Positions 39,844-50,112 are shown, counted from the whole stretch's first letter. The stretch is 63,999 nt of DNA, filler included, from Acidimicrobiia bacterium (GCA_046759765.1; 24 parts of 24 records of this genome joined end to end with filler, not necessarily neighbours in it), one strand, 5' to 3'. Program-made: numbers and translations. The notes: generated from the sequence alone by a model not told the origin.

Positions 39844-40896
39844 TCAGGCGGCTTGGGGCAGGTGTTTGTAGGTCTGTCGAGCCACGTAACGTTTGAGACA
39901 TCGCATGATCTCCGAAGTTGATTTCCCTTCGGCTCTCCGTCTGGTCACATAGCTTCGGGTTTGGGGGTGGCTTCTCATCCGGGTCAACACGATCCGGTAG
40001 AGGGCCGCGTTGGCGTGACGGTCTCCTCCCCGGTTCAACCGATAGCGAACCACCTTCCCTGAGGAGGCGGGGATAGGCGCAGTGCCGCATAGATGAGCCC
40101 AACCAGACTCTGAGCTGATCCGCTCAGGGTTGTCACCAGCTGCTACCAGCAGGCTGGCGGCGTTGTCCGGGCCGATCCCGTGCAGCTCCAACAGCGACGG
40201 TGCTGTCTGTTCGAGGAGATCGACGAGCATCCGGTCGATCTGTCCCATCTCTTGGTTGAGCGATCGGACACGTCGGGCCAGGTTCCGGATCACCAGATAG
40301 GTCGTATATATGACCGGATCTGGTGAGCGGGGTCGCATCGCAGCAGCCTCGGCGACGAGCCCGGTCTTATAGCGGTCTTTGAAACGGCTCCGGATCGGTT
40401 CCGGTGCGGTGAACACCAGATGACGGAGCTGGGTGAGGGACTGGATCCGCTGCTCCCGAGCTGAACGGCGAGCAACTAGCAGCACCCGCATCTGCTCCAC
40501 CGGTCCGTCCCGGCCCTTAGGGGTCACCGAAGCCGACCCCGACAGAGCCGCCCTGGCAGCTGCTACTGCATCGGTGGGATCCGACTTGCCCTTCCTCCGT
40601 CGCAGCTGCCGGTTAGGCCTATCAACCTCAACCGTCTCCACATCTTGGTTTAGGAGGAAACGGGCCAAACCGACCCCATAAGAACCGGTGCCCTCCACGC
40701 CTATACGGGACAGCGGACCGAACGACATCAGCCAGCCCACCAGCTCCTCAAACCCAGCCCGGTTAGTAGCGAACGACTCGATCCCCAACAGACCGCCGTT
40801 CTGATCCACCGCCGCAGCCACATGCACATCCGAATGGGTATCCACCCCACCCGTCACACTCACCACCGACATAACCGACCCTCCTGACATAGACAC
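39844..40896 (-). CDS. IS110 family transposase/recombinase
   Basis: GVDTH, GVEGTGSYG, KSDPTDA (DEDD); GIGP, PASSGK, RLNRGGDR, RCLKRYVAR. Confidence 0.96.
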   Translation of the reverse strand: MSMSGGSVMSVVSVTGGVDTHSDVHVAAAVDQNGGLLGIESFATNRAGFEELVGWLMSFGPLSRIGVEGTGSYGVGLARFLLNQDVETVEVDRPNRQLRRRKGKSDPTDAVAAARAALSGSASVTPKGRDGPVEQMRVLLVARRSAREQRIQSLTQLRHLVFTAPEPIRSRFKDRYKTGLVAEAAAMRPRSPDPVIYTTYLVIRNLARRVRSLNQEMGQIDRMLVDLLEQTAPSLLELHGIGPDNAASLLVAAGDNPERISSESGWAHLCGTAPIPASSGKVVRYRLNRGGDRHANAALYRIVLTRMRSHPQTRSYVTRRRAEGKSTSEIMRCLKRYVARQTYKHLPQAA

Positions 40897-41231
40897 AACG
40901 GCAGCACCATCCGATGCATACCAACGGTCTAGATCATCACTCCCAGCCGGTTAAGGGCTGGGTGGGGTACAGGCGTGGTCGGGGCAGCGGATGAGGTGGA
41001 GGCCGTCGATGTCTCCGTATGCCATCAGGGGGAGGCCGCTTGGACGGCCGTTGGGTTGCGCACTTTGTGGTGAGGGCACGGCCGCGTCGGAGTGGGCGCG
41101 GGCCACGCGTCGATGGTTCGATTCTCTCCGGGCGCGCGATGACACCTCTTGCGCTGCAAAGGGTCTCGAGGACTCAGCCGTTCGCGGTGGTAGGCGACTG
41201 TAACCCGGGGCGGATCCGATAGCCCAGAGGC

Positions 41232-41565
41232 TCACGTTCCCGCTGGAACCCAGGTCCACGAGATGGCGACTTCTCTGCCCACGGCGACCCAGTTCGGACC
41301 GATGGCTGCGACGGCATTAAGTCCGATGTTGCCGCCGAAAAGCGCCTCATCGTGGGGCACTCGCGCCCACGTTGTCCCGTCTGATGAATACCACACGGCG
41401 GCTGCCTGGTGCTCGCCATCGACCACGGCATCACCGACGGCAACGTATCCGGCTTCGCTGTACGCTACGGCGTCCATACCGACGGCGGCCTCGTGGTCGC
41501 CGTACCCGAAGACAGCATCATCGTGTGGAACTCGAGCCCAAGTTACACCGTCGGTCGATGTCCAT
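41232..41565 (-). CDS. Asp-box/beta-propeller repeat protein (5' truncated, probably degraded)
   Basis: Two WxSxDGxTWARVPHD repeats. Confidence 0.65.
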
Positions 41566-41665
41566 NNNNNNNNNNNNNNNNNNNNNNNNNNNNNNNNNNN
41601 NNNNNNNNNTTAATTAATTAANNNNNNNNNNNNNNNNNNNNNNNNNNNNNNNNNNNNNNNNNNNN

Positions 41666-41814
41666 ACAAGATCCTCAAGGGCGCTAGCCCCGCCGACCTG
41701 CCCGTGGAGCGGCCCACGAAGTTCGAGCTGGTCATCAACCTCAAGACCGCCAAGGCTCTCGGGCTGACGATCCCGGACTCCGTCCTCTTCCAGGCGGACA
41801 GGGTGATCAAATGA
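41666..41814 (+). CDS. ABC transporter substrate-binding protein C-terminus
   Basis: [36 protein letters not shown]...ADRVIK. Confidence 0.9.
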
Positions 41815-41847
41815 CAGACACGCACGACGCTGAAGGAGGACAGCAAC

Positions 41848-42516
41848 ATGGCTACCGTTGAACCACGACCTCCTGTACAGCCCGGTGAGCGGGCGCCCGA
41901 CTTCACGCTGCCGACCGTCCCCGACGACGGGTTCGTGTCGCTGGCCGACTACCGGGGGCGCTCACCGCTGCTCCTGGTGCTGTTCCGCTCCATGTGGTGA
42001 CCGTTCTGCCGCTGGCACGTCGCCCGGTTGGGCGGCACCTCCGAGAAGCTCCGATCCGTCGGCGTGGAGACACTCGCCGTGACCGAGGACCTGCTCGACC
42101 CCATCCGCCGCTACTTCCGCGTGCGCCCGCCGCGCGTCCGGCTGGCGACGGACATGGAGCGGAATACTCACCGGGCCTATGGATGCCCGATGCCGTCGAT
42201 GACGCCAGAGTATAAACAGCTGCGGGCAGCGGCGCGCATCAACCCCACCGGTGAGGCCCCCGAGCCCATGTCGGTGGACGAGGTGCAGAAGTGGCTCAGG
42301 AAGCATCACCGGTTCGGGGAGATTCCGGAAGAGCAGGCCGTGATGGACCAGTTCCCCCGGCGGGACTTCAATATCCACGCGGGGCACTTCCTGATCGACC
42401 GGGCCGGGGTGGTTCGATGGGCGCAGATCGAAACGCCGATCGACGACTTGTCGCGCTACGGCCAATTCCCGACGGACGAGGAACTGTTGGCTGCGGCCAA
42501 AGCGCTCCCCAAGTAA
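41848..42516 (+). CDS. Selenocysteine-containing AhpC/TSA peroxiredoxin-like protein (UxxC)
   Basis: AAGGAGG RBS; PGERAPDFTLP...LLVLFRSMW-TGA-PFC; continues in frame to FLIDRAGVVRW; SECIS-like hairpin downstream of the TGA. Confidence 0.88.
42019..42036 (+). promoter_or_regulatory. Bacterial SECIS-like hairpin
   Basis: GTCGCCC-GGTT-GGGCGGC; G-initiated loop 25 nt after the TGA. Confidence 0.7.
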
Positions 42517-42779
42517 ACCCGGGTCGGGTGGCCATGGTGGTGATAGTGGGGTAGTTTCCTCTCTTCTGGTTGCACGGGGTCCGATGAAGCTGTGTAGAAA
42601 GTCCCCGAACAGGCCCACCAGGGCCTCCACCTCACCAGCGCTGCCACACCTCCGAGGCGAATGTGGAGGGGGATGAATGTCGGTGGTCGCGGTGATGTCG
42701 CTTCAATGACCCGAAGCCGCAGAGAGCGTAGAAGCGCAGGTTGCGCACGATAGCGAAGACGTAAGCGAGTCGGACTCCG

Positions 42780-43787
42780 ATGACACCGGATGGGGTGGGG
42801 CAGCTGGCCGAGCGTTTCTTTTCTACTCATCCGGATCTCCTCAGCTTTGCAGATGTGGGCGAGTTGGAGGCTCAAATGCGACAGCTTGAGGTTGTCGGGC
42901 TTGGCTACCTCAACGAGCGGCTGGCGGCATCCGGCCAGCAATGGCTCGACACGGTGGCCGAGCACAACTGCGCTGCTGAACTCGTGCGGCTTGGATTCAC
43001 TACGATTCAATACGAGTCTCCCGAGAGCACGAGCCCCATAGATTTTGCAGCTAGCAACGGCAGCATCAGGTATCGACTCGAGGTCAAGCGCCTAGCAGCA
43101 CGTGAGCTTGAACACCAGCAGGACAGGGCAATTCGAGGGCTTAACCGGCTCCTTCGCTCAGTTTCCGCGCCCGTTGTGATCTCCCTTACGATAACCCCGG
43201 CCTTTGCGCCGAGGGATATACATGCCCTGTTTCGCCACATGAGGAACGCAATTGCCTCGGGTACGAACCGACCCGCCTACCATTTCCCTTCGGAGACTGA
43301 TCAACGGGTGGCATACAGTCTCTACCCATCGACGGTCGTTAGCAGCCCGAAGATTATCGCGGCCGCTGACCGGGACGTCACTGAGGTGACCGGCATTGAC
43401 GCTTCGCGGGTACACCAGAAGGTGCGCGATGCCTATGACAAGTTCCGATCGGTGGACCGCCCATCCGTAACGGTTGTTAATCTGCTTGTTCTTGAAGCGC
43501 TCCGAACCGTGCCTTTATCCTCTGTTGCCGACGGATTGTACGGTACGGAAGTCCACCGTTTTGGTAGGGGCGGGGTGGGCCGCGCTCGCCAGCGCGACGG
43601 TGCCTTCTCCGCTGGTCACCACTCTCGGCTGACCGGCGTTATGCTAGTTCGCAGGGAGCTATACCGGCTTTTCTGCTCGTATGAGAAACTTCTGTTTCCT
43701 CATCCCAGGACAAGTTCGGAGATCCGTCAAGCGATTGTGGATGCCTTTGGCGTGGTATCAGCTTTCGGTCCCGACTCTTTTCCTTGA
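42780..43787 (+). CDS. Hypothetical protein with a possible PD-(D/E)xK nuclease motif
   Basis: E...PIDF...LEVKRL spacing; start uncertain. Confidence 0.55.
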   Translation: MTPDGVGQLAERFFSTHPDLLSFADVGELEAQMRQLEVVGLGYLNERLAASGQQWLDTVAEHNCAAELVRLGFTTIQYESPESTSPIDFAASNGSIRYRLEVKRLAARELEHQQDRAIRGLNRLLRSVSAPVVISLTITPAFAPRDIHALFRHMRNAIASGTNRPAYHFPSETDQRVAYSLYPSTVVSSPKIIAAADRDVTEVTGIDASRVHQKVRDAYDKFRSVDRPSVTVVNLLVLEALRTVPLSSVADGLYGTEVHRFGRGGVGRARQRDGAFSAGHHSRLTGVMLVRRELYRLFCSYEKLLFPHPRTSSEIRQAIVDAFGVVSAFGPDSFP

Positions 43788-44064
43788 GCACGGTCCGTCT
43801 CTTGACGGGGAGGTGAGCGGCGATGACTGCCCCGTGCCAATTCTGTTGTCTGCCGAGAATAGCCGAGCCCGCAGGCCAGCAGCTAGACCGCCCGTGCGAG
43901 GCCACAGGGCCTCTCCGTGCGCCTAAGACCGAACCCGAGACTGCCGTCTGCCTGGGTGGGATGGGTCTCTGAGATCCGGAGGCTAATGTGATCACTAAGA
44001 TACTGAGCATCGTGTGCGGTTAGGAGTGGGTGTGTGGTAGGGCCACCCCGCGGAGGAGAGAGCT

Positions 44065-44134
44065 ATGACAGAACCAACCCTCGACACCCTGACCCAACGC
44101 CTCGACCGGCTGGAGCGGGAGAATCGGTGGAGAA
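44065..44134 (+). CDS. N-terminus of a small coiled-coil protein (truncated)
   Basis: GGAGGAG RBS, MTEPTLDTLTQRLDRLERENRW. Confidence 0.55.
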
Positions 44135-44234
44135 NNNNNNNNNNNNNNNNNNNNNNNNNNNNNNNNNNNNNNNNNNNNTTAATTAATTAANNNNNNNNNN
44201 NNNNNNNNNNNNNNNNNNNNNNNNNNNNNNNNNN

Positions 44235-44387
44235 TTCCTGAGGCCGGCCCCCGGCTGGGCGGACTACCGCTCGCCGGTGAAGGGGTTGTTCCTCTGTGGA
44301 GCGGGCACCCACCCGGGAGGCGGGGTAATGGGCGCCTCAGGAATGAACGCCAGCCGCGAGATCCTGCGCGACCTCCGGACTCATTGA
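44235..44387 (+). CDS. Phytoene desaturase-like FAD oxidoreductase C-terminus
   Basis: [29 protein letters not shown]. Confidence 0.88.
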   Translation, partial: FLRPAPGWADYRSPVKGLFLCGAGTHPGGGVMGASGMNASREILRDLRTH

Positions 44388-44504
44388 GGACGGCAAGCCA
44401 CAGGTTTCCGCCGCCGCCGGTCTCTCGATGCGCCGAAACTCTCTCGCGGGAGGGTTCCGCTAGCCGGGGGCAGACGGGAGAAATGACAGGAGGGTATCGG
44501 GACG

Positions 44505-45944
44505 ATGGAGTATGTCTACAAACAGTACATCGACGGTGCATGGATCGACGCCAAGAACGCCGGGGCCTCGGACGTCTTGGATCCCGCCTCCGAAGAAACG
44601 CTTCGAACCGTGCCGTTCGGAGACGGCGACGATTGCCGAGCCGCCATCGACGCCGCCTCGGCCGCCCTTCCGAAATGGGCGGGATCGACCCCCTACGAGC
44701 GAGGGGCGATTCTCAGAAGAGCCTCCGACCTGATGCGACAGCACCTGGATGATCTGGCTCGGACCACGGTGCGGGAAAGCGGCAAACCCTTCGCCGAGGC
44801 CAGACGCGAATGGACGGTCTCCGCGGACCTGTTCGAGTGGTTCGGCGAGGAGGGCAAACGTGCGTACGGCCGGGTCATTCCCTCACGGGCCCCGACCAAA
44901 CGCATGCTGACCCTGAAGCAGCCGCTCGGCGTCGTGGGGGTGATCACGGCATGGAACTTCCCGACCTACAACCCGGCTCGGGCCTGGGCGGCTGCGCTCG
45001 CGGCCGGCTGTACGGTCGTCGGACGCCCTTCGTCCTACACGCCTCTGAGCGCCATGGAGATGACGAACCTCCTCGTGGAAGCGGGCATTCCCCCTGGTGT
45101 CATGAATCTGGTCAACGTCGACGCCGACGCAGCGGGACAGACGATGTTGGATCATCCGGCCTGCCGGAAGATCAGCTTCACCGGCAGCACGGCCGTTGGG
45201 GAGAGACTGATGGATGGCGCCTCCCGAACGCACACGCGGCTCGGGCTCGAGCTCGGAGGCAATGCACCCGTACTGGTCTTCTCGGACGTCGACTTGAAGA
45301 GCCTGATGCCCTCGGCGGTCAGGGCGAAGTTCCGAAACAACGGCCAGGTCTGCATCGCTCCGCAACGCTACCTGGTTCAGGACAAAGTCCACGATGAGTT
45401 CGTCGAGAGGGTGGTTCCCGAGGTTCTCTCTCTCAAAGTGGGGAACGGCCTCGATCCCGAAACCGAGATCGGCCCGCTCATCCACGCCAAGCAACGCGCT
45501 TGGATCGAGAAGCTGGTGGAAGGTGCGCGGGGCGAGGGCGCCGAGATCGCGGTCGGCGGCAGGCGTCCCGAACGGTTCGAGAAGGGGTACTTCTACGAGC
45601 CCACGGTGATGACGGGAGTTCTGCCGGAAACGGAAGTCTTCCAGGAGGAGATCTTCGGGCCCATCCTTCCGGTCACCGCCTTCGGTGACGTGGACGAAGC
45701 CATTCATCAGGCCAACGCCACGGCCTTCGGACTCGCAGCTTTCGTCTGGACGAACCACCTGAAGGTGGCCATCCGTGCCTACGAGGGGATCGAGTGCGGC
45801 ATGATCGGCGTCAACGAATGGGCGCCGCATGGCACCGAGGCGCCCTTCGGTGGCTGGAAGCAGAGCGGCGTCGGCCACGAAGCGGGTCTGGAGGGCCTGG
45901 AGGATTATCTCGAAACCAAGCTGGTATCGATCGGGGGATTGTGA
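44505..45944 (+). CDS. gabD: NAD(P)-dependent succinate-semialdehyde dehydrogenase-like aldehyde dehydrogenase
   Basis: AWNFP, FTGST, LELGGNAP, KFRNNGQVC, EEIFGP, PFGGWKQSG. Confidence 0.85.
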   Translation: MEYVYKQYIDGAWIDAKNAGASDVLDPASEETLRTVPFGDGDDCRAAIDAASAALPKWAGSTPYERGAILRRASDLMRQHLDDLARTTVRESGKPFAEARREWTVSADLFEWFGEEGKRAYGRVIPSRAPTKRMLTLKQPLGVVGVITAWNFPTYNPARAWAAALAAGCTVVGRPSSYTPLSAMEMTNLLVEAGIPPGVMNLVNVDADAAGQTMLDHPACRKISFTGSTAVGERLMDGASRTHTRLGLELGGNAPVLVFSDVDLKSLMPSAVRAKFRNNGQVCIAPQRYLVQDKVHDEFVERVVPEVLSLKVGNGLDPETEIGPLIHAKQRAWIEKLVEGARGEGAEIAVGGRRPERFEKGYFYEPTVMTGVLPETEVFQEEIFGPILPVTAFGDVDEAIHQANATAFGLAAFVWTNHLKVAIRAYEGIECGMIGVNEWAPHGTEAPFGGWKQSGVGHEAGLEGLEDYLETKLVSIGGL

Positions 45945-45958
45945 CGGGGGCTCATGGC

Positions 45959-46519
45959 ATGAAGGAACTCGTGGGCTCACTTGTCTCGGTACATACAGGC
46001 AACAACGAAGACTTGAGTAAAGACGCGCAGGCATCAGCGAAAGCAGAGTTGGATGGCTTCGTCGGCGACAAGCACAGAGGCTTCACACGCGTCGCGTGGC
46101 CGGAAGATGCGGAACCCACAGGAACCGTGAGGCGCAACGAGCGCCAGTGGTCTGGTGTGTCCCTAGAAGAGTTGGCCATGATTCAACAGAGAATGGACCT
46201 CAAGGAGCAACTTACTGCAGCCACGCTCGGAGCGAACATCTGCCTCGAAGGCATACCGGACTTCTCTCGGCTTCCGAAGGGTACCAGGCTGATCTTCCCC
46301 TCCGGAGCCGTGCTCCTCGTGGAGGAGTGCAATCCACCCTGCGCCGACATGGGAGCGCAGATCGCTGCCAAGCACACGACGAACTCCGGTGAGCCCGTAG
46401 CGGGAAGGATGTTTCCCAGATACGCACTGGGCCTGCGAGGAGTCGTGGGAGTCGTAGACGTACCTGGCATCATCAATGCGGGAGATCGAGTGATCGTGCA
46501 GGTGTCCGAATCCGAGTAG
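45959..46519 (+). CDS. MOSC domain protein
   Basis: GFVGDKH, LGANI, ECNPPC, GLRGVVG..G.I..GD. Confidence 0.85.
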   Translation: MKELVGSLVSVHTGNNEDLSKDAQASAKAELDGFVGDKHRGFTRVAWPEDAEPTGTVRRNERQWSGVSLEELAMIQQRMDLKEQLTAATLGANICLEGIPDFSRLPKGTRLIFPSGAVLLVEECNPPCADMGAQIAAKHTTNSGEPVAGRMFPRYALGLRGVVGVVDVPGIINAGDRVIVQVSESE

Positions 46520-46545
46520 GAGATGCTTCGGCCGAGGCCCTGCAC

Positions 46546-46693
46546 TCAGGAGAGCGCGATTTCGCCCTCGACTCGGTGGTCCAGCCCGATGCCCTCGATT
46601 TGGACGCGCGCGCTTGCCTTCAACCTCTCGTCGCCCCCGAGCCGGCCGGCCTCGACCGCCCTGCGCACGGCGCTCTCGATCTCGCGCTGGGAG
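46546..46693 (-). CDS. DUF6494-like small protein C-terminus
   Basis: SQREIESAVRRAVEAGRL...LDHRVEGEI. Confidence 0.65.
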
Positions 46694-46878
46694 NNNNNNN
46701 NNNNNNNNNNNNNNNNNNNNNNNNNNNNNNNNNNNNNTTAATTAATTAANNNNNNNNNNNNNNNNNNNNNNNNNNNNNNNNNNNNNNNNNNNNCTCACAC
46801 CAGCTGGCTGCCCTGAGCTTGCCGCTCAGTTACGTCACAACAACCTCCCTCGCTGTCATGGCGCCCAAACTCCTGGGC

Positions 46879-46905
46879 GCACCGCATAAGTGCCGATTGG
46901 GCGGG
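46879..46905 (-). repeat. dif-like site
   Basis: CCCGCCCAAT-CGGCAC-TTATGCGGTGC. Confidence 0.7.
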
Positions 46906-46946
46906 TCTGAGCGGCCTCAATGTGGGTCGCGAGAGCTGTTTGGTGG

Positions 46947-48497
46947 TTAATCCTCGATCAGGCGCTCGAGGGTGTCTTCGTCGTCTTGTTCCAGGGCGAG
47001 TTCGGCGCGGAGGTTGTCCTGGTCTCGGTTGATCGAAGCCACAGCCATGATCCGCTGGTCCTCGCGGTAGCCGATAGTTGCGTCGCGGGCAGCTGTGTTG
47101 CCTGAGATATCGGCTACGTTCCAGTCCTCGGTGTGGCCGACGTAGTTGATGCGCACGTCGTAATGCTCGCTCCAGAAGAACGGCACCTCGGTGTATGGGA
47201 TCCCACGGCCGAGGATGTTGCGCGCTGCTGCTTGGCCTTGACGCTGGGCCACGACCCAATGTTCAACCCGGATATGGTGATCTAGGCGGCGGTCCGGGTA
47301 TCGGGCGATGTCACCGGCTGCCCAAATAGCCGGGTCGCTAGTCCTTAGGTATTCGTCGACGACGACACCGTTGTCGACTTCTAGACCTGCGGTCTCGCCC
47401 AGCGTGGTGTTGGGACGGACCCCCACGCCGATCACCACCAGGTCAGCGGCGACCTCAGAGCCGCTGTCGAGAACCACGATCCTGTCGTCGATCGAATTTG
47501 CGGTGTGCCCGAGGTGGAACCGAACTCCGTGTTCCTCATGGAGAGACTGGAGAAGCTGTCCGACTGCACTTCCCAGCACCGGCTCCATCAGAACGTGCTC
47601 GGGCGCAACCACATGCACTTCGATCTCTCGTTGGCGCAGTGACGCAGCCACTTCCAGACCTATGAAGCTGGCACCCAGGACTACTGCCGACGCTGCCCCT
47701 TCCGCACTGGCGATGATTGCTCGGCTGTCGGCCAACGTACGGAGGTAGTGGACATGAGGCATATCCCCCCCGGGAAGGCCGAGGCGGATTGGATCTGCAC
47801 CGGTGGCCAGCAGCAACGCCCCGTATCTCATCCTGGAGCCGTCGGCCATTCGAACGGACCGGCGCGCCGCATCGACAGCCGTCACCTTTGTACCGAGCTG
47901 CAGATCCACATTGTGTTCCTCGTAGAAGCTCTCCGACCGCAGAGGCATCCACTCCTCGGGAGCCTTCCCGGCCAGGTAGTCCTTGGAGAGGTTGGGACGA
48001 TCGGTGGGAACCGTTTCCTCGTCACTGATCATCGTGACCCGTCCACGGTATCCTTCGTCTCGCAGCGTCTCCACCGCCGCTGCGGCAGCGGCGCCCGCAC
48101 CGATCACTACAACAGAGTCCGGTGGATCATTGATGGGCAGCGGAGTCCAATCGGACTCGATCTGCTCTCCAACGTAGAGACGCCCGTCCCGCTCCTCGAC
48201 TTCGAAACAGGGCAGCGGATTCAGGGCAGGAGCCCGTACGGCCCGGCCCGTGCGAACGTCGAAACAGGCATGGTGCCATGGACACCGCAGCAGCTCACCA
48301 TCGAAAAGGCCCTCCCCGACCGGGCCGCCGTAGTGGGTACAACGGCCGCTCACTCCGAACACGTCGCCTCCGGTCCGGGCCAGCACAACAGGCTTGTCGT
48401 CGGCATAGCCCAGCACCATCTCACCCTCAGCTACACCACTGGCGGGTACGCCCTCATTCCTCAAATCGGGTCCGGTCAGCGGCGCCTGCTCGCCCAC
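46947..48497 (-). CDS. Rieske 2Fe-2S + FAD-dependent oxidoreductase (AIF-like)
   Basis: CTHYG...CPWH Rieske motifs; GAGAA, LLATG, GASFIGLE, AAGD, PFFWS. Confidence 0.93.
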   Translation of the reverse strand: MGEQAPLTGPDLRNEGVPASGVAEGEMVLGYADDKPVVLARTGGDVFGVSGRCTHYGGPVGEGLFDGELLRCPWHHACFDVRTGRAVRAPALNPLPCFEVEERDGRLYVGEQIESDWTPLPINDPPDSVVVIGAGAAAAAAVETLRDEGYRGRVTMISDEETVPTDRPNLSKDYLAGKAPEEWMPLRSESFYEEHNVDLQLGTKVTAVDAARRSVRMADGSRMRYGALLLATGADPIRLGLPGGDMPHVHYLRTLADSRAIIASAEGAASAVVLGASFIGLEVAASLRQREIEVHVVAPEHVLMEPVLGSAVGQLLQSLHEEHGVRFHLGHTANSIDDRIVVLDSGSEVAADLVVIGVGVRPNTTLGETAGLEVDNGVVVDEYLRTSDPAIWAAGDIARYPDRRLDHHIRVEHWVVAQRQGQAAARNILGRGIPYTEVPFFWSEHYDVRINYVGHTEDWNVADISGNTAARDATIGYREDQRIMAVASINRDQDNLRAELALEQDDEDTLERLIED

Positions 48498-48691
48498 TCA
48501 CACCATCCTCAGTAGGCCCCGCCGCACCCTAACGAACACCCCGGTCCCGATTCTCGAGGATTCCACAGCGAAGAACACCAAGCCCTCTGTTGTCAACGGC
48601 TGCCATCAGACAGCGCGATCGCAAGCGCAGCCCCGAAGATCTTTCACTTCTGAGCCTGAACCTGACGCGCATGCCTCAGCCACCGATCCAG

Positions 48692-48708
48692 GTAGCGCAT
48701 ATGTGCTG
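48692..48708 (-). repeat. dif-like half site
   Basis: CAGCAC-ATATGCGCTAC. Confidence 0.65.
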
Positions 48709-48794
48709 CCGGTTTCAGTACGACGAGGCCGTCGGAATGGTGTCATGGCGGCGCTTCGCTGTCTGCCGGAGTACGTTTCGGGTTGGAGGTTCAG

Positions 48795-49237
48795 GTGCCC
48801 TCACTTCCCACCGGCACAGTCACGTTCCTGTTCACCGACATCGAAGGATCAACGCGGCTGTGGGAGGAACACCCTGAGGGGATGAAGGCGGCGTTGGCCC
48901 GTCACGACGAGATCCTGCGATTGGCAATTGAGGACCACGGCGGCTACGTGTTCTCGACAGCTGGGGATGCTTTCTCGGCTTCCTTCCACAGGGCGCAGGA
49001 TGCGGTAGGTGCAGCCCTTGCTGCCCAGGAGGTGTTGGTGGCTGAGGATTGGGGTGATCTGGCTATCGGGGTGCGGATGGGTCTTCATACCGGTGAGGCT
49101 GACGAGCGGGACGGTGACTACTTCGGGTCGGCCGTGAACCGGACCGCCCGTCTACTGTCGGCAGGGCATGGCGGCCAGGTGCTGGTGTCTCGCAGCATGC
49201 GGGAGATAGTGGAGCACCAACTCGCCGATGATGTGGG
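48795..49237 (+). CDS. Adenylate/guanylate cyclase domain protein (3' truncated)
   Basis: TFLFTDIEGST, GDAF, RMGLHTGE, YFGSAVNRTARL. Confidence 0.92.
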
Positions 49238-49339
49238 NNNNNNNNNNNNNNNNNNNNNNNNNNNNNNNNNNNNNNNNNNNNTTAATTAATTAANNNNNNN
49301 NNNNNNNNNNNNNNNNNNNNNNNNNNNNNNNNNNNNNAT

Positions 49340-49462
49340 GAGCTCGGACCTCCCCCTAGCGATGAGCTTCTCGAACTCGTTGCTCTGGTGGCGCGACGTC
49401 GCCGGCAACGCGAAGAACTCGAACGTCAACAACCAGGCATCGGACTCGCCCTAGGCCGGTAG
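49340..49462 (+). CDS. MobF relaxase extreme C-terminus (paralog of 51880-52296)
   Basis: LGPPPSDELLELVA...ELERQQPGIGLALGR* matches the relaxase end in contig 20. Confidence 0.7.
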   Translation, partial: ELGPPPSDELLELVALVARRRRQREELERQQPGIGLALGR

Positions 49463-49489
49463 TCAAACCACAGAGGGTGGCTTACGAAT

Positions 49490-49517
49490 CAGCGAGAGAA
49501 TGCCGGTTATGGGCGTT
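49490..49517 (-). repeat. dif-like site, relaxase-adjacent type
   Basis: AACGCCCATAA-CCGGCA-TTCTCTCGCTG. Confidence 0.7.
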
Positions 49518-49547
49518 GGTCGCGAGCGAGCCGTATCGAGACGTTGA

Positions 49548-50051
49548 TCATTCAGTGACCGTGAAATCCCCTCCGAAGTGCGTGATCCTTTCCTCGATGA
49601 GGGCACAAGTCACAACGTGGACACCCGGCGGGAAGTGCCGTGTCGCCTCAAACGATTCCCCTGCCGGGAGACCTTGTCTGTAAAACGTCGGGTGAATTTC
49701 TGATGTCGGTTCCGCGGAGGGGTTCTCTGCAAGAGCGTCTGCAACTTCCTGGGCGGTTATGCCCTCGTCGAGCCGCCACAACCCGAGGGTGCTGCTCCCT
49801 GGACTCTCATTGTGCAGCACGATGTCTATGTTGCCCGCCGACAGTTCACTAGGCCCTTCATAAGTGCAGTTCTCGCCATCGAAGGTCACTTGTAGAACAA
49901 CAGGCGCAGAGGTTGTGGTCGTTTCTTGAACTGCCGTTGTGATCGTCGTTTCTTCTACCGTCGTTGTTGTGGTGTCTTCTGTCGTCCCATCAGAACAAGC
50001 GGCCAAGCCCAAGCCGAGGAGGATGCCACTAGCAACCAGACGTTTCTTCAT
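49548..50051 (-). CDS. Lipoprotein with Thr-rich linker and cupredoxin-like beta domain
   Basis: LAAC lipobox, TTTTT linker, VTFDGENCTYEGP...PPGVHVVTC. Confidence 0.8.
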   Translation of the reverse strand: MKKRLVASGILLGLGLAACSDGTTEDTTTTTVEETTITTAVQETTTTSAPVVLQVTFDGENCTYEGPSELSAGNIDIVLHNESPGSSTLGLWRLDEGITAQEVADALAENPSAEPTSEIHPTFYRQGLPAGESFEATRHFPPGVHVVTCALIEERITHFGGDFTVTE

Positions 50052-50084
50052 CGGCAGCGACCCTACCCTTTCCCAACATCGACG

Positions 50085-50112
50085 GCCGAACATATCGACA
50101 CATACGCGCTAC
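50085..50112 (+). repeat. dif-like site (variant)
   Basis: GCCGAACATAT-CGACAC-ATACGCGCTAC. Confidence 0.7.

Larger units (their letters stand above)
39653..40934 (-). mobile_element. IS110 family element
   Basis: Transposase plus about 190 bp of 3' non-coding end ending TTGACATAAGAGAATC; ATC core at both ends. Confidence 0.8.
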
